Below, in pieces: positions 41,274-55,006 of a stretch of DNA of 64,000 nt. Below the pieces are notes generated by a model. That model searched no databases and had not been told where the DNA came from. It saw only the letters and a program-made list of their open reading frames with translations. The translations under genes and the position numbers were made by a program. Positions within the stretch are counted from its first letter, which is position 1. Every line of letters starts with the position of its first letter. The stretch comes from Octopus bimaculoides (Eukaryota): contig NC_068983.1 of assembly GCF_001194135.2 (NCBI RefSeq), forward strand, positions 28,041,014-28,105,013, given 5' to 3'.

Positions 41274-42254
41274 CTGCAATGGAAAATAGGAAGATTCATT
41301 TAAAACATCAAAGTCAGCAAGATATATATCTTTTTATAGGATTAGTTGAAATAGTCAGAGGGAAGTGTTAGAAGTGATGTGGGCGGGAGACAGATGTTTG
41401 AAGTGATATTAAAAGTGGTTAGCCATACGAATTAGTGGAGATGCTGGTGAAGATAGTGTGGTGGGGGTGTTAGTGGTTAGGAATATGTGCCTGAATTGGT
41501 ATTTTAGAATTGAAATTATATGTAATGCAATACGTGGTCAGAAGTTGTGAATAGCTGTGAAAGCTACTGGCAGTGAGAATCATATGTTAGAGGCAAACAG
41601 ATGTCTGCTTGCAAGGAGGTGTTGTACGTTATGTCACAGTTAGAGATTAGAGATAAATATGGGGTTTTAATGGTGTTTGGCCTCCCCACCCAGAACAACT
41701 TGGTAGAACAAATGTACCATCAGAGACAATTTCAGTCATGACTATCATGTCTTTTCTCCTGAAATGGCACATCCCGACATTTATATCTGATGTGTCCATT
41801 TATGAAAAAAGTAGCAAGTGATTTGGCTGCTATATCTAGCAAATCAAACAACATTATAGATATGATGGATATGATGTAGCAGCTAGAGATAGGAGTAAGG
41901 AGTAGTAGATAAAACTTTCAAATGTTGTTGCCTTTTTTTTTTTTTTTACGGTGATTGCTATAGTCGGTGACAGTGGTATGCAAGAAGGTATTAACTAAAG
42001 ATTATATTACTAGAAGTATATAGTGATGGCATAGCAAGCAGCAAAAGCTTTGAATTAGTTGTGGCATTTCAAGTGGACATATATAGCAATGTGCTTCATA
42101 ATATAGTTAGCAGTAGGAAGTTGAAGCAGCATATATACTTAAGAAGGCATGTTAGGAGAGAAATAAAGAGGTAGATATTGACAAACATTTAAGAATATTT
42201 TCATTTGGAAATTACTATTCTTAAATCTCACAAGAGATATTCAGAAACAGTACT

Positions 42255-42621
42255 TTGGAGTAAAGATTGTTTGCCAACATAACATGGCAGTCCTGGTTAA
42301 GGATGAATGTTGCTGTAATTTAGCCCCAGGAGACATCATTTCCAGCTGGCTATATGACACAATCTGTGTCCTTATATTTTCAAACAAGGGAATCCAGCAC
42401 CCCAACTCAACTCAGAACAATATCTGTGTAACTCGGAAATCACAATACACAGATATTGTTTTGAGCTGAGTAGGGGTGCTAGATTCCTTTGTTCGAAAAT
42501 ATAAGGACACGGATTGTGTCATATAGCCAGCTGGAGACGATGTCTCCTGGGGTTAAATTACAGCAACATTCATCCTAAACCGAGACTGCCATGTTATGTT
42601 GGCAAACAATCTTTACTCCAA
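42255..42621. repeat. Foldback palindrome: 176-bp inverted arms with a 15-nt loop
   Basis: 42255-42430 is the reverse complement of 42446-42621 with about 13 mismatches by hand count. Confidence 0.95.
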
Positions 42622-43696
42622 CATTTTCATTTGTTGTAAATACTGAGTTACACTAAAACATCTTATACCATTAATAGCATTTCAGTAAAGTTCTATGACA
42701 TGATGCCAGAGCAAAGGTTCAAAATCCCAGGTTATATTCCTTCCCGTGCAATCCCAAGTTTCCTCAATTCCTCTTCTCTATTCTGAATTTCCACTAGCAC
42801 ACCTAGTATTTGACAACAGGAGACAGCGATCCACATTAGCACCAAGCTGGTGTTCATTTACAGCTAAGCAGTCTGGAGTACCAAAAGGAAAAGAAAATGG
42901 AGTACTTTGTTCAAGAACAAGGACACGTGTCATCTGGTTCAAGAATTGAACATGCGGCCTTACAATCATGAGCTGAACATTCTAGCCGTTACGTCATGTG
43001 TTGTCACAAGAGAACTGCAAACCAATACTTGCATATAAAAACTGACGTATAGGAGTAAAGTTCTTAATTTAGTTAATTGATTTATAATTTGTAAGTAACA
43101 AACAAAGCCTAATGGTGATGTAACAGATATCCATACAAAAAAACAGTGTACACAGAGGTCTACAGATCAGTGGTTCTCTCTCATATATGAATGAAACAGT
43201 ATCTAAATTGATTTTTATTGACAATATTCTTTTAACATTTTGTGCATGAGGCAATAGATAGGTAAGCAAGGGAACCCTAACAATGGTTACTCACCAATCT
43301 AAAAATAGCAGTTAAATCTTCAAATCAGACTCTCTTGTCTTTTACTGAGATAAGATGTTTTACTTAATGTGGTCCTACACACCCTTGGAAATAAAGGGTA
43401 ATCATAGATAAAATGCTTTTCATCATTTGTTTGCTTGATCAAGATTGAGAAGGGGCTAAAAAACAAAAATAATAATAATAATCCTTTCTACTAAAGGCAT
43501 GAGGCCTGAAATTTTGGAGGAGAGGATTAGTCAATTACATCAACCCTAGTGTTTAACTGGTACTTAATTTTATCGACCCCCAAATGGATGAAAGACAAAG
43601 TCAACTTGGTGGAATTTGAACTCAGAACATAGTGACAGGCAAAATACCACTAAGCATTTCGTCCAGTGTGCTAAAGATTCTGCCAACTTGCCACCT

Positions 43697-43721
43697 TAAT
43701 AATAACAATAATAACAACAAC

Positions 43722-43780
<59 letters not shown>
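43697..43780. repeat. (AAT)n/(AAC)n microsatellite
   Basis: Direct reading of the sequence; adjoins a family B SINE. Confidence 0.95.
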
Positions 43781-44088
43781 CAATCAACCAATGATGCAGC
43801 TTCTTCATTGTATCTTTATCTGCAGAAATACCAGCAAAATCTCCCCCAATTACACTTTTTATCTCAGGGCAAGTTACATTAGATAATGTAATCCTATATT
43901 TCTCTAAAGCGATGAGATGGTCATGGCTGGAATGACTTTGACTAGAGGTCTGCTTGAAGAGACCCAAGCCAATGGATTACATTCTACACATTCATTATAC
44001 CTGCTATAATTAATAGCCAATTTCCTTTCAAATTTTACTGTCTTATTTCTAAGATATATGAACATAAATCAACATATATAGCAACATA

Positions 44089-44474
44089 GGCACAGGAGTG
44101 GCTGTGTGGTAAGTAGCTTGCTTACCAACTGCGTGACACCTTGGGCGAGTGTCTTCTACTATAGCCTTGGGCCGACCAAACCCTTGTGAGTGGATTTGGT
44201 AGACGGAAACTGAAGGAAGCCTGTCGTATATATGTATATGTATACATATATGTGTGTTTGTGTGTCTGTGTTTGTCCCCAAACATCGCTTGACAACCGAT
44301 ACTGGTGTGTTTATGTCCCTGTAATCTAGCAGGTTGGCAAAAGAGACCGATAGAATAAGTACTAGGCTCACAAAGAATAAGTCCTGGGGTCGATTTGCTC
44401 GACTAAAAGCGGTGCTCCAGCATGGCCACAGTCAAATGACTGAAACAAGTAAAAGAGTAAAAGAGAGAGAGAGT
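44089..44474 (+). mobile_element. SINE family A with a deletion across the B-box region
   Basis: ACCAAC joined directly to TGCGTGACACC; the rest matches the family. Confidence 0.8.
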
Positions 44475-45789
44475 AAAGTGTATATAGATGTAGTCCAAAA
44501 TATTATTCAAAGAAAAGATGTTACTGCGACTGTTTGAATGTTAGTTGAACAATATAACTTCAGCTCACAGAAACATCTAGAATAATGGATTTGTGAGTTG
44601 TATTTAATTGCTCAGCAGGCTAGCTGCATGCTATAGATCTGCGTGATCAGAAATGACCTGGAACTATACTACAACAATGACTAAGTAAAATGCTAGAAAA
44701 ATGTCTTTTATATGCACATACTCCCACTGTGTTAAGAACCACTACTTTGGACTTTAAATGATTAAAGTTAGTGTTTAATGCAAATATGCGCTTCTGAATG
44801 CCAATCAATTAAATGTAAAGTGAAAGTGATAATTTTTTTGTTTGCCCTGCAAGGTCGTCTGGAGTTAAAAAAAAAAAAGGGCTTCATACATGTGAAAGAA
44901 TTTTAATTTGATAACATGTGAGTTGAATAATAATAAGGTAGGAGTGTGAAAGCAAAGGAACAGAAGAAAACTGAAGTTAAATAAGAGAAGAAATATAAGT
45001 AGGCAAACATACAAACTAATGGCATATAAAATAGAACAGTCAGGAAATAGATAAAGAGTGAGAAAGGAGAGACTTGTGAAAATGGCATAGAGTAATTTAA
45101 AAGCAGAGGAGAGGAGAATAGGGGGGGGTGAAAAATCAGTCTTGCTAATGCTAATCTCAATCACAACTAATTGATGATGGACCAAAATTTGAATTTTTTA
45201 TGGATTAGAATTTTGCAGTTAGTTACTTAACTGCTATTATTCAAATAGGAACATCAGAAATGACTGTAATAGCTTGCTGAATTCAGACTGTTGTAATAGT
45301 CTGAAATATATAGATACATATTGTTAAAAGAAATAATACACATGTAACTCTTTGTGTTTAAAATATTGCTTCCATATCACATATATTAGTAAATTAGTAC
45401 TACTTATCAGGGAAAAGGTTGTTGGAGAAAGGGGCTATCCCAGAAGAAAATCAACAACAAAACTAAGTACAGCTTTTATACTAGCTCTCCTATGCTAGCA
45501 TTGATTAGATATAAAGAATATTCATGCTAATTGAGGTCATATAAAAACATCATAGAGACTATATAGAAAGAGATAAAGTAAAACTGTGCACCAGAATATT
45601 GGAACAAATATAACATAGTGCATGTGTGATAGATAATCCATTTAGATTTGTGCTGAGGATAGTGAACCTTTAGCTTTGCAGGTATAGAAGACAAGGATCA
45701 TTATATTTTGGTAAATGTGATGAGCACAACAGAGCCACAAGTGGAATAAAGGCAATAGCATCCACATGAGGAATCCGTAAGTATCTCAC

Positions 45790-45989
45790 CCTTGTCTCAT
45801 CAGAAAAGTTACTCATCAACTCTTCGTCATCGTATGCAGGCGTACATTGAGAAAGGTCTACGATACAATCAGTATCCTGTACCTTTCCCATCGATTGTCC
45901 AGTATCCATTTCTACTGGCTGGGACAGCATGTTGTCAGGATAACTCCAATGATTTGGTATTACTCGATGTTTACCATCATAGGCTGGGG
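45790..45989 (-). CDS. FRMPD4: Coding exon: (A)PAYDGKHRVIPNHWSYPDNMLSQPVEMDTGQSMGKVQDTDCIVDLSQCTPAYDDEELMSNFSDETR
   Basis: Acceptor TTTTTTGTTTTTATTACAG and donor AGG|GTGAGA; 200 nt, phase 1->0, matches the phase-1 donor at 56669. Same frame as ORF 45670..45930. GKH..I...W resembles the post-FERM segment of FRMPD4. Confidence 0.8.
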
Positions 45990-46324
45990 CTGTAATAAAA
46001 ACAAAAAAAAAAAGCAGAAAGTTACAAAGAAAACTTTACTGAATTTAAATAATCTAAATATCTAAGGAAAGTTCTAACAAGATTATCTTTCTTTTACTTT
46101 TTTTTTTCAGACTAGTAAACTTATCTTTGGAGATGAAAACGGTTGTTAATATTTAATCCTTTTTCCGACTATTAACCTCATCTTTGAAAACAGAAATATA
46201 GTTTTTTAACATTTACATCTTCACTGCATTCTAACTGATTTGACTTGAAATCATCATCAAATGTCTTATTCCTAGATGTAAATATGGAACCTCACTGTAT
46301 TTGAACTAAGAACACATACTTTAA

Positions 46325-46544
46325 CCCTTTAGCATCCAGATTATCCTGTCAAATTTAATGCTTATTTATTCATACTGCTTTAAATTAATCATGCATTATC
46401 ATGTACCTTTGATATTTCAATGATGTGATTGTTTATTTTTAGAATGAAATTGTTGGGTAGATGTGAAAGGCTTGCTCTGGCCAGTTTGAACATACAGCAG
46501 GTAGAATATTTTGGCTGGATATGGCAGGCTTAAATGCTAAAGGC
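46325..46544. mobile_element. piggyBac-like MITE with TTAA target duplication
   Basis: TTAA-CCCTTTAGCAT...ATGCTAAAGGC-TTAA. Confidence 0.7.
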
Positions 46545-46766
46545 TTAAAGTAAGGATGATAATATGCTTATCCTGTATGCCAAGGACTCTACTAAAACCA
46601 AAAAGTTCCTAGATTGAATCCTTTGTTAAACTATGTGAATCTCTAGGTATAAGAGACCTGATAATGAATATTGGAGATCAAATGAGCCAAGGAGCAATCT
46701 ACATGTAAATACTGGTGGTTTTAAATTTTGTTACAGCACCAGCAATTTTTTGTAGAGGGGATGTTG

Positions 46767-48764
46767 ATTACATCAACCCCAGTACCCAACTGGTATTTAC
46801 TTTTTGACCCTGAAAGGATGAAAGGTAAAGTCGACTTTGGTGGAATTTGAATACAGACTGTAAAGACAGACAAAATGCTGGTAAGCATTTTGCCCAGTGT
46901 GTTTACAATTCTGATAGCTTGCTGCCTTTGTCTATTTGTAAATATTAAATATTTACATCAGTCCCAAATGTACAACATCTTAAGCAAGTGTCTTCTACTA
47001 TAGCCCTGGGCTGACCAATGTGAATTTAGTTGGAAATTGTGCAGAAGTCTATTGCAAATGTTATGCATGTGAACACACATGTATGTACATTTTTATGCTT
47101 ATCTCTCATCCTTATAACTTGTTGGTTTGTTCATATCTCTAAATCTTGGTGGTTTAGAATAAATAGAATGATAAATACATATCAAAGTTGAAAATAGGTA
47201 CTAAAATCAATCTGGTTGACTAAATATTTCAAGGCAGTGCCCAAATCTGGCTGCAGTCCAATGACTGAAACAAATGAAAGCCTCTCCAAAGATGAGGTTT
47301 TCACTGAATATTTTTGAGTATTTTTATGGTTTTATGTTATTCTATAATCATATTTCCCACTAATGTGGGATTTGGCTGTAAAACAAAAACAGGATATTAG
47401 GCTTAGATCTTGTTTAAATAGAGATCATAAGAGTTATTCATATGGGCAATAGTATGTTTATTTAGTAGTAGAAGTGGTGGTGGTATTTACAGTGATAGCA
47501 GTGTGTTTGTTTTTAATTTGTGTTGTTATTAATTTGCCACCTATTGTTATTACAAATCTTATATAATAGCTACATTACTGATATTCCTTTGTTCAGCTTA
47601 TTACTTTGTGAGTTATCTTCCATATATTCTTAATATATGTGCGTGAGTATCAGAATGGGAAAAGGAACAATATTCTCCCTATATATATATATATATTCTC
47701 TATTAATTATATACATATAAATTGTTTTTATTTGTCCCTTATTTTCCACTTAATTTTCTTCCTTGTTGATGAAGTCTTCCTAATGAATGTAAAATAACTA
47801 TTGTGATTATGGATTCTATTGTTAGCGGTATGTGATGAATAAACAAAGCCTTAACTTAGTTTCAATTCTTGTTTGCAATTTCTGCTAAGAAAACAGGTAA
47901 AAGAAATACAAACTGAAGTGCTTATTTTGTCTTCTCTACAAATTTCAGCTGACATGCTTGTGTAATAATAATAATCCTTTCTATTATAGGCACAAGGCCT
48001 GAAATTTTGTGGGACGGGAAAAGTTGATTACATCATCCCCAGTGTTTCACTGGTACTTAATTTATCAACCCCAAAAGGATGAAAGGCAAAGTCAACCTCA
48101 GAGTGTAGCAGCAGACGAAATACCACTAAGTAGTTTGCCAAGCGTGCTAACAATTCTGCCAGCTCACTGCCTTTGTGTAATAGTAATAATAATAATAATA
48201 ATGATACTTTCTACTATAGGTACAAGACCTAAAATTTGGTGGGGAGAGAACTAGTTGATTACATCAACTCTAGTGTGTAACAGGTACTTATTTCATTCAC
48301 CCTAAAAGATGAAAGGCAAAGTCGACTTCAGTGGAATTAACAAAGACAGATGAAATGCCTCTAAGCATTTTGTCTGGCATGCTAACAATTCAGTCAGCTC
48401 ACTGCCTTAATAATAATTTTTATTTATATTTATGCACCCTTTTAAAGCTTAGCCAGGCTCATGGGCCCGGTTTTCTGGTTTCTATGGCATATGTGTTCCC
48501 TGCCAGCTGGACGGAACGCCAGTCCATCGCAGCTTTACTCAAGAAACAAAAGAAGAAAGAGGGAGAGAAAGTTGGGGGCAAAAGAGTACAGTGGGTCGCC
48601 ACCACCCCCTGCCGGAGCCTCGTGGAGCTTTAAGTGTTTTCACTCAATAAACACACATAACACCCGGGCTGGGAATTGAAACCGCGATCTTCTGACCGCA
48701 AGTCCGCTGCCCTAACCACTGGGCCATTGTGCCTCCACCTTTAATAATAATAATAACAACAATA

Positions 48765-48834
<70 letters not shown>

Positions 48835-49255
48835 CAATTTTCAGTACAAAATTTAGTGCTCAACTTGTACTTATTTCATTGACCCTGAAAGGATAAAAAG
48901 CAAAGTTGAACTCAGAACATAAAGACAGACGAAATGTCATTAAGCATTTTGCCCAGCATGCTAACAATTCTATCAGCTAGCCACCTTTATAATAATGATA
49001 ATAACAATAATTCTTTCTTTCAGTTTTGGTACTCTTTTACTTGTTTCAGTCATTTGACTGTGGCCATGCTGGAGCACTGCCTTTAGTCAAGCAAATCGAC
49101 CCCAAGACTTATTCTTTGTAAGCCTGGTACTTATTCTATCGGTCTCTTTTGCCAAACTGCTAGGTTACAGGGACATAAACACACCAGCATCGGTTGTCAA
49201 GTGATGTTAGGGGGGACAAACACAGACACACAAACATATATACACACACACACAC

Positions 49256-49303
<48 letters not shown>

Positions 49304-50460
49304 GACGGGCTTCTTTCAGTTTCCATCTACCAAATCCACTCACAAGGCTTTGGTTGGCCTGAGGTTATAGTAGAAGACACTTGCCCAAGGTGCCATGCAG
49401 TGGGACTGAACCCAGAACCATGTGGTTGGTAAGCAAGCTACTTACCACACAACCATTCCTATGCCTAATGGCAACAGTTTCAAGGAGAGGTGATAATACC
49501 ACCAATCTTGATACTTGACTGGTGATTTATTTTATTGATCCTGGAAGGATGAAAGGCAAAGTTGACCTTGGCTAGATTTGAACACAGAATGAAAGAACCA
49601 AAAGAAATACTGCAAAGCACTTTTTCTGATGCTCTAACCATTCCGCTAGCTCACTGCCAAAAAAGTTTCAAATTTTGGCACAAAGTTAGCAAGTTCAGGG
49701 GAGTGGGTAAGTGGATTACATTGACCTTAGAATTCAACTGGTACTTATTTAATAGATCCCAAAAGGATAAATGGCAAAGTCAACCTAAACAGAATTTTAA
49801 CTTAGAACACTCAGATGAATGAAATACTGCTAAGCATGCAAACAACTCTGCCAACTCACCGCCCTAATAATAATCATTATGAGGAATCTGTACCAAGCAT
49901 TTATTTACATTCCATGTTCTATGGTCTGGTGTTCCCTAAGAAATCTAGATATAGAGGAATGGCTTGTGGGAGAGGTGCAAGCCTTGTATGGAGATATTGT
50001 TAGCAAGGTGAGAGTTGGCAATGAGATCAGTGAAAAAATTTTAGCTTAGAGCTAAGTGTCCATCAAGCCCCTTTTAAGGCCATAACACAAGGATTCAATA
50101 TAAGCTGTTCATGTAAGCTTTTGTATGCCAATGATCAATGTACATACATGTGTGTTCACATGCATAACATTTGCAATAGACTTCTGCACAATTTCCAACT
50201 AAATTCACACTGGTCAGCCCAGGGCTATAGTAGAAGACACTTGCTTAAGATGCTGTACATTTGGGACTGATGTAAACATTTAATATTTACACATAGACAA
50301 AGACAGCAAGCTATCAGAATTGTAAACACTGGGCAAAATGCTTACCAGCATTTTGTCGGTCTTTACAGTCTAAAATTCAAATTCTACCAAAGTCTACTTT
50401 ACCTTTCATCCTTTCAGGGTCAAAAAATAAATACCAGTTGGGTACTGAGGTTAATGTAAT
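46767..50460. repeat. Inverted duplication: ~325-bp arms (46767-47091 and 50137-50460) separated by ~3 kb
   Basis: Both arms carry the same two SINE fragments and the same junction sequence (AATATTAAAT.TTTACATCAGTCCCAAATGTACA) in opposite orientation, with identity in the low-to-mid 90s%. Confidence 0.9.
47975..49865 (-). mobile_element. Cluster of at least seven co-oriented SINEs (families A, B, C) joined by (AAT)n/(GAT)n tails
   Basis: Family B at about 47975, 48200, 48830, 49470 and 49660; family C at about 48430-48740; family A at 49030-49465; all on the minus strand. Confidence 0.75.
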
Positions 50461-50782
50461 CTCATTGTTAAATGCATTAAAAAATTAGAGTAAAAATTAT
50501 AAACATAAAAGCAAATCTTTAACAGAATTGCTTTACACTAAAACTAGCAAATACAACAGTCTTAGTACAGATGGAAACAAGACTATTTCCATTTAAAAAG
50601 TAGTCCTGCTTAGTATGCAGAAAAGGAGTCAGTAGGAATTCCCTACAGTATATTCAGTGTAAATTATAAGTACACATAAGTGCTGTAGGATGACAAGCAA
50701 TTTACAAGGATTTCATATAGTAGATGTTCAAGAGCAATTGGCAATTTGATCACTTATAAAATTTATTCACAACGGTTCCCAA

Positions 50783-51300
50783 GAGGTAGTTGATAGCTTT
50801 TGTTACCTAGGTGACCTATTTAGCTGTGGATTTTGTGTTCTAAAAGCTCAGTAGCTAGAATAAGAACAGAGTGAAGAGAGTTCAAGGATTTGTTACATTT
50901 GCTGGCAACAAAATGATTCTTTCTACAAGTAAAAGGCAGATCATATTCTGCTCTTTTATGAAGTGTGAGGTCATGAAATATGGGCATTGAAAGTGTCAGC
51001 AGTATGGAGATTGGAAGGAAAGAAAGAAAGTATGTTCTGCTGGATTTGTAATCATTGTGTGTATGGAATGACAAAGTAGCACAAATATGCTGAAAAAGAA
51101 AACTGGGAATAAGGGGAATCAGAAAGGAAGACTTTGTTAGTTCAGGCATGTGATGTCTAAAGAAGAGGACGATAGTAGGTAAATAAATGTTAAACAATGT
51201 ATGTGAAAGAAAACCTACAAAAGATGAAGACTGGGGAAGATGAGGCAAAGGCTGATTTCATGAAGGCGATGTCAAGAGACTGCAATGTATGGTAAGACAG
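50783..51300 (+). mobile_element. RTE-clade LINE reverse-transcriptase remnant
   Basis: EVVDSFCYLGDL at 50783, followed by decayed RTE C-terminal motifs with stops and frameshifts. ORF 50820..51248 (-) is its antisense shadow. Confidence 0.75.
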
Positions 51301-52659
51301 CATGTAGAAGATTCTTTAATTTATGCAAGCACAGATTAAAAGGGATTTTCTCCAGCACATACTGCTGCTGCTGCTTATGAGATGATGATAATTTATTGAT
51401 CATTGTTAAGCATTTCATCCTAATCGTGTTCCATGGCAATATAGATAGAGACTGAGTGAAAGGGATTAAGAATAGTTCTTAGACGCCATATAAAATAAAA
51501 ACAGCAATTGAATAATTGTACACACTGGCTACCATACATATACAATACAAATTGACAACAGTATATATATCAGACCATATGTCTTCATAATGCTAATGGG
51601 ATAGAAAGAAAATGATAATTGCCCAAATCTTTGTGTCATGAATGATTTGTGATTAAAATGGCATAATATAATATTCATATAATGGAATTAGCGGAATGAA
51701 AAATGGAAACAGATGAGTTCGAATGTCAAACAATAAAAATGACACCAGTTATTTGGATTTGAAAGAGAAGTCAGCCGTTGTTTTGGTCATTAGATTCGAT
51801 GTTGTCTAGCTGTCATTGTTTCTGACAGCCTTCTAAGGTTTATAATATTTAACAATGCCAAAAGTAAAAACATTAAACATTTTAAAAACATAATCACAAT
51901 TTTCTCTTATGTTTTAGTCAGGATGGGAGGGCAGTACCCATGCCACTTTACTCTAGGACTCTAAGACTGGTGGAAGGGAGGGAGGAAGGTACACTCAACT
52001 AGAGACATGGCCCAAGAGCCATATGGAAGTTGGACTGGATGATGAATTAAGTCTATCGCCCAAATAGGCCACAGTAAGATTTGAACTAAGAACATGATAA
52101 GTTGAAACAAGTATCTTATTTAACGCTCTAATGTTTCTACCAGTTCACTATTCTTGGCTGGTAATTTTATGTTCCCAAAAAGAAGAAAAATTACATCGAT
52201 CATGATGGGATTTGAAAACTGAGATGACAGAGACTCAGAACAAAACTGTGAAACGTTGAGTCTGACTCATTAATGACACTGCCAATTTATTGCTATGTCT
52301 ACTGCTTTAAAATCTCCACAAGTACTAAATCTAATTGCTCTTGATGGCCTTCCATGACTGCTTAATTTGTGAGAAATAGCTTCCAAATCTCCATCAAATA
52401 ACATTCTATCAATAAAAAATGTGACCCTGGCTCCCAGTACATGGAGAAAAGAGAGGATGGACACCACTATAACGCCTTTGGTCTGTGATCTTTTAAATAG
52501 GGGTTAAGCTGGGATGAATCAAAACAACTAGGACAAGAAGTAAAGATGTAATGTAGATTCCCCTTTCTATGACAGGAATAGTCCCAACTATGAATCACTT
52601 GCTGGTACTTTCCCATTGTTAAATTCCCCTTGTTCAGATATTCTCTACAAATGCTAAGT

Positions 52660-52861
52660 CAGTGGTTCCCACCCTTTTCACAGTGGTTCCCAACAGAAGT
52701 TCCCAATCCTTTTATTTAAATGAGTTTTCCGATAGACCCCTTTTGATATGCTAATCCTTGTGTATATATTTATATATGAAATTGTGAATCTAGTTCATGG
52801 ATCCCCAGTACTACCTTTGCGAACCACCAGGGGTTTGCAGACCCCAGGCTGAGAACCATTG
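52660..52861. mobile_element. hAT-like MITE
   Basis: Ends CAGTGGTTCCCA...TGAGAACCATTG. Flanking 8-mers TGCTAAGT and TGCTACTG share 5 of 8 bases, suggesting a degenerate TSD. Confidence 0.55.
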
Positions 52862-53771
52862 TGCTACTGCTTCTGACAACCTCTTATGGGGAGCATAAAA
52901 AATATTAAATAGTTAAAATTTCAAAGGCTTTAGTTTACTAAAGCAAAAATATATTTCAGTATACTTCAGTCCAAAACACAACTAGAACAGTGTTTCCACT
53001 TATAAGTTTATTTCTATTGATTTTTGATAGAATTTAGAGGCAGCACTGCAAGTTACAACAGTTTTTAAATGAATACATTTTCATCATCTAACATCCATTT
53101 TCCATGTTGGCCTAGGCTGTTCGGTTTAACTGAAAACTGGTAAGCCAGGGAGCTGCACCAGGTTCTGATCTGATTCGGCAAGGTATCTACAGCCAGATGC
53201 TCTTTCTAATGCCAACCATCACTTTCTAATACTCAACAATAAGTTGTCCATCATTGAGATGTACCCTATCTCTCTCTGTCTAGTTAGTCATTACAACTAT
53301 GCCTTATACATTAAGTTACTTATAGTGTCAGACATCATTAGAAAAAGAAGAATTTGTTTTGCAGGACAATGCTAGAGAAGTAAGGAGCAGCTGGTTTGTG
53401 ACATCCAACTCTTGATAACTCAACATGGTCAAAATTTTTTTGGCTTCCCTGCAAAAACATACATTGACACAAGATGATATTGAAATAATCTGACAAATGT
53501 CATGTAAGACAGAGATAAGAGGAGAGGAGAGTTATGTGAATTTTAGTTAACTTGACCCAATGACGATGACAATATTGGTTTAGTGTCTGCTCCTTTCAAC
53601 CTCTTTATGGCAATTGATCTCAGTGTTAATCTGTTCACTTCCTTTCCATCATTCCCAATGTGTCTCATCACCTGACTTTGGTAACAGGTATAATGCACAA
53701 ACCTTCCTCTCCAGAACTGCTGTATCCCTATATATTCTCTCTTCCATGTACATGTCTCCTAACCATCCATT

Positions 53772-53809
<38 letters not shown>

Positions 53810-54636
53810 CATTTAATGTCAACTTTTCCATGCTTTGCATTGGTCAGATAGAATTTGTCAAAGCAGATTTTCTACAGTTGGATGTCCTGCTTGTTTCTAA
53901 GCATAGTAATATTTCCCCATAGTCAGACACATTTTGTTTTTGTTTTTAGAGAAATGGAAACAATATTGGTTCTATGAAGATGATGCTCATTTATAACCAT
54001 CATATGTCTCAATGAGGATTCACACAAACACATACACATCTACGTTTACATATATACAGCTTTCAGTTTCTATCTACCAAATCCATTCACATAGCTTTGA
54101 CTGCTACAGAAGATGGCACTTGCCCATGGTGCTACAAAGTGGGACTAAACTCAAGACACATGGTTGGGAAGGAAGCTTTTTACTAAACAGCCACACACAC
54201 ACACACATTAATAATTCACATGAAAGCACTGCATTTCTGTTTGATGGTAAATTCTATTTATTTTTAGAGAAAACAATACACACACACACACTAGATATAC
54301 ACTGATTTTTTTTCTTTCTTTCTTAGTAAATTCTGGTGCAAAAGAAATTACATAGGGTGTTCTAATTGCTATAGCTTAAAGATAAACTACCAGTCAACTG
54401 AGTGTAAATCATATTTAATTTCCCACTAGAAGCCAATTCATTTCACTTGTGTCATCAATATCCTTGAGAAAGTTCCAGACATCACACAAGCTTATTTCTT
54501 CTTTCTTGAATATCTGAGTCCTTATGTTAATGTAAAAAGTAAATTTTGTTATGTGATTTTATAACATCTATTGGTAGTTATTAACTGGACAAAATTTACA
54601 ATTTAGGATTCATTAGACATAATGTTTACTGACAAT

Positions 54637-55006
54637 GTTGTTGTTGGCACTCCGTCGCTTATGACATCGAGGGTTCCAGTTGACCTGATCAACGGAACAG
54701 CCTGCTCATGAAATTAACGTGCAAGGGGCTGAGCACTCCACAGACATGTGTACCCTTAACATAGTTCTTGGGGATATTCAGCGTGACACAGTGTGACAAG
54801 GCTGACCCTTTGAATTACAGGCACAACAGAAACAGGAAGTAAGAGTGAGAGAAAGTTGTGGTGGAAGAGTACAGCAGGGTTCACCACTATCCCCTGCCGG
54901 AGCCTCGTGGAGCTTTAGGTGTTTTCGCTCAATAAACACTCACAATGCCCGCCGCGATCCTATGAGCGCGAGTCTGCTGCCCTAACCACTGGGCCATTGC
55001 ATCTCC
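54637..55006 (-). mobile_element. SINE family C with 11-bp TSD TTACTGACAAT
   Basis: TSD at 54626-54636 and 55007-55017; short (AAC)n tail. Confidence 0.85.

Noticed and set aside
50820-51248. 142-aa minus-strand ORF
   Set aside because: Antisense to the RTE RT remnant, whose motifs are on the plus strand.
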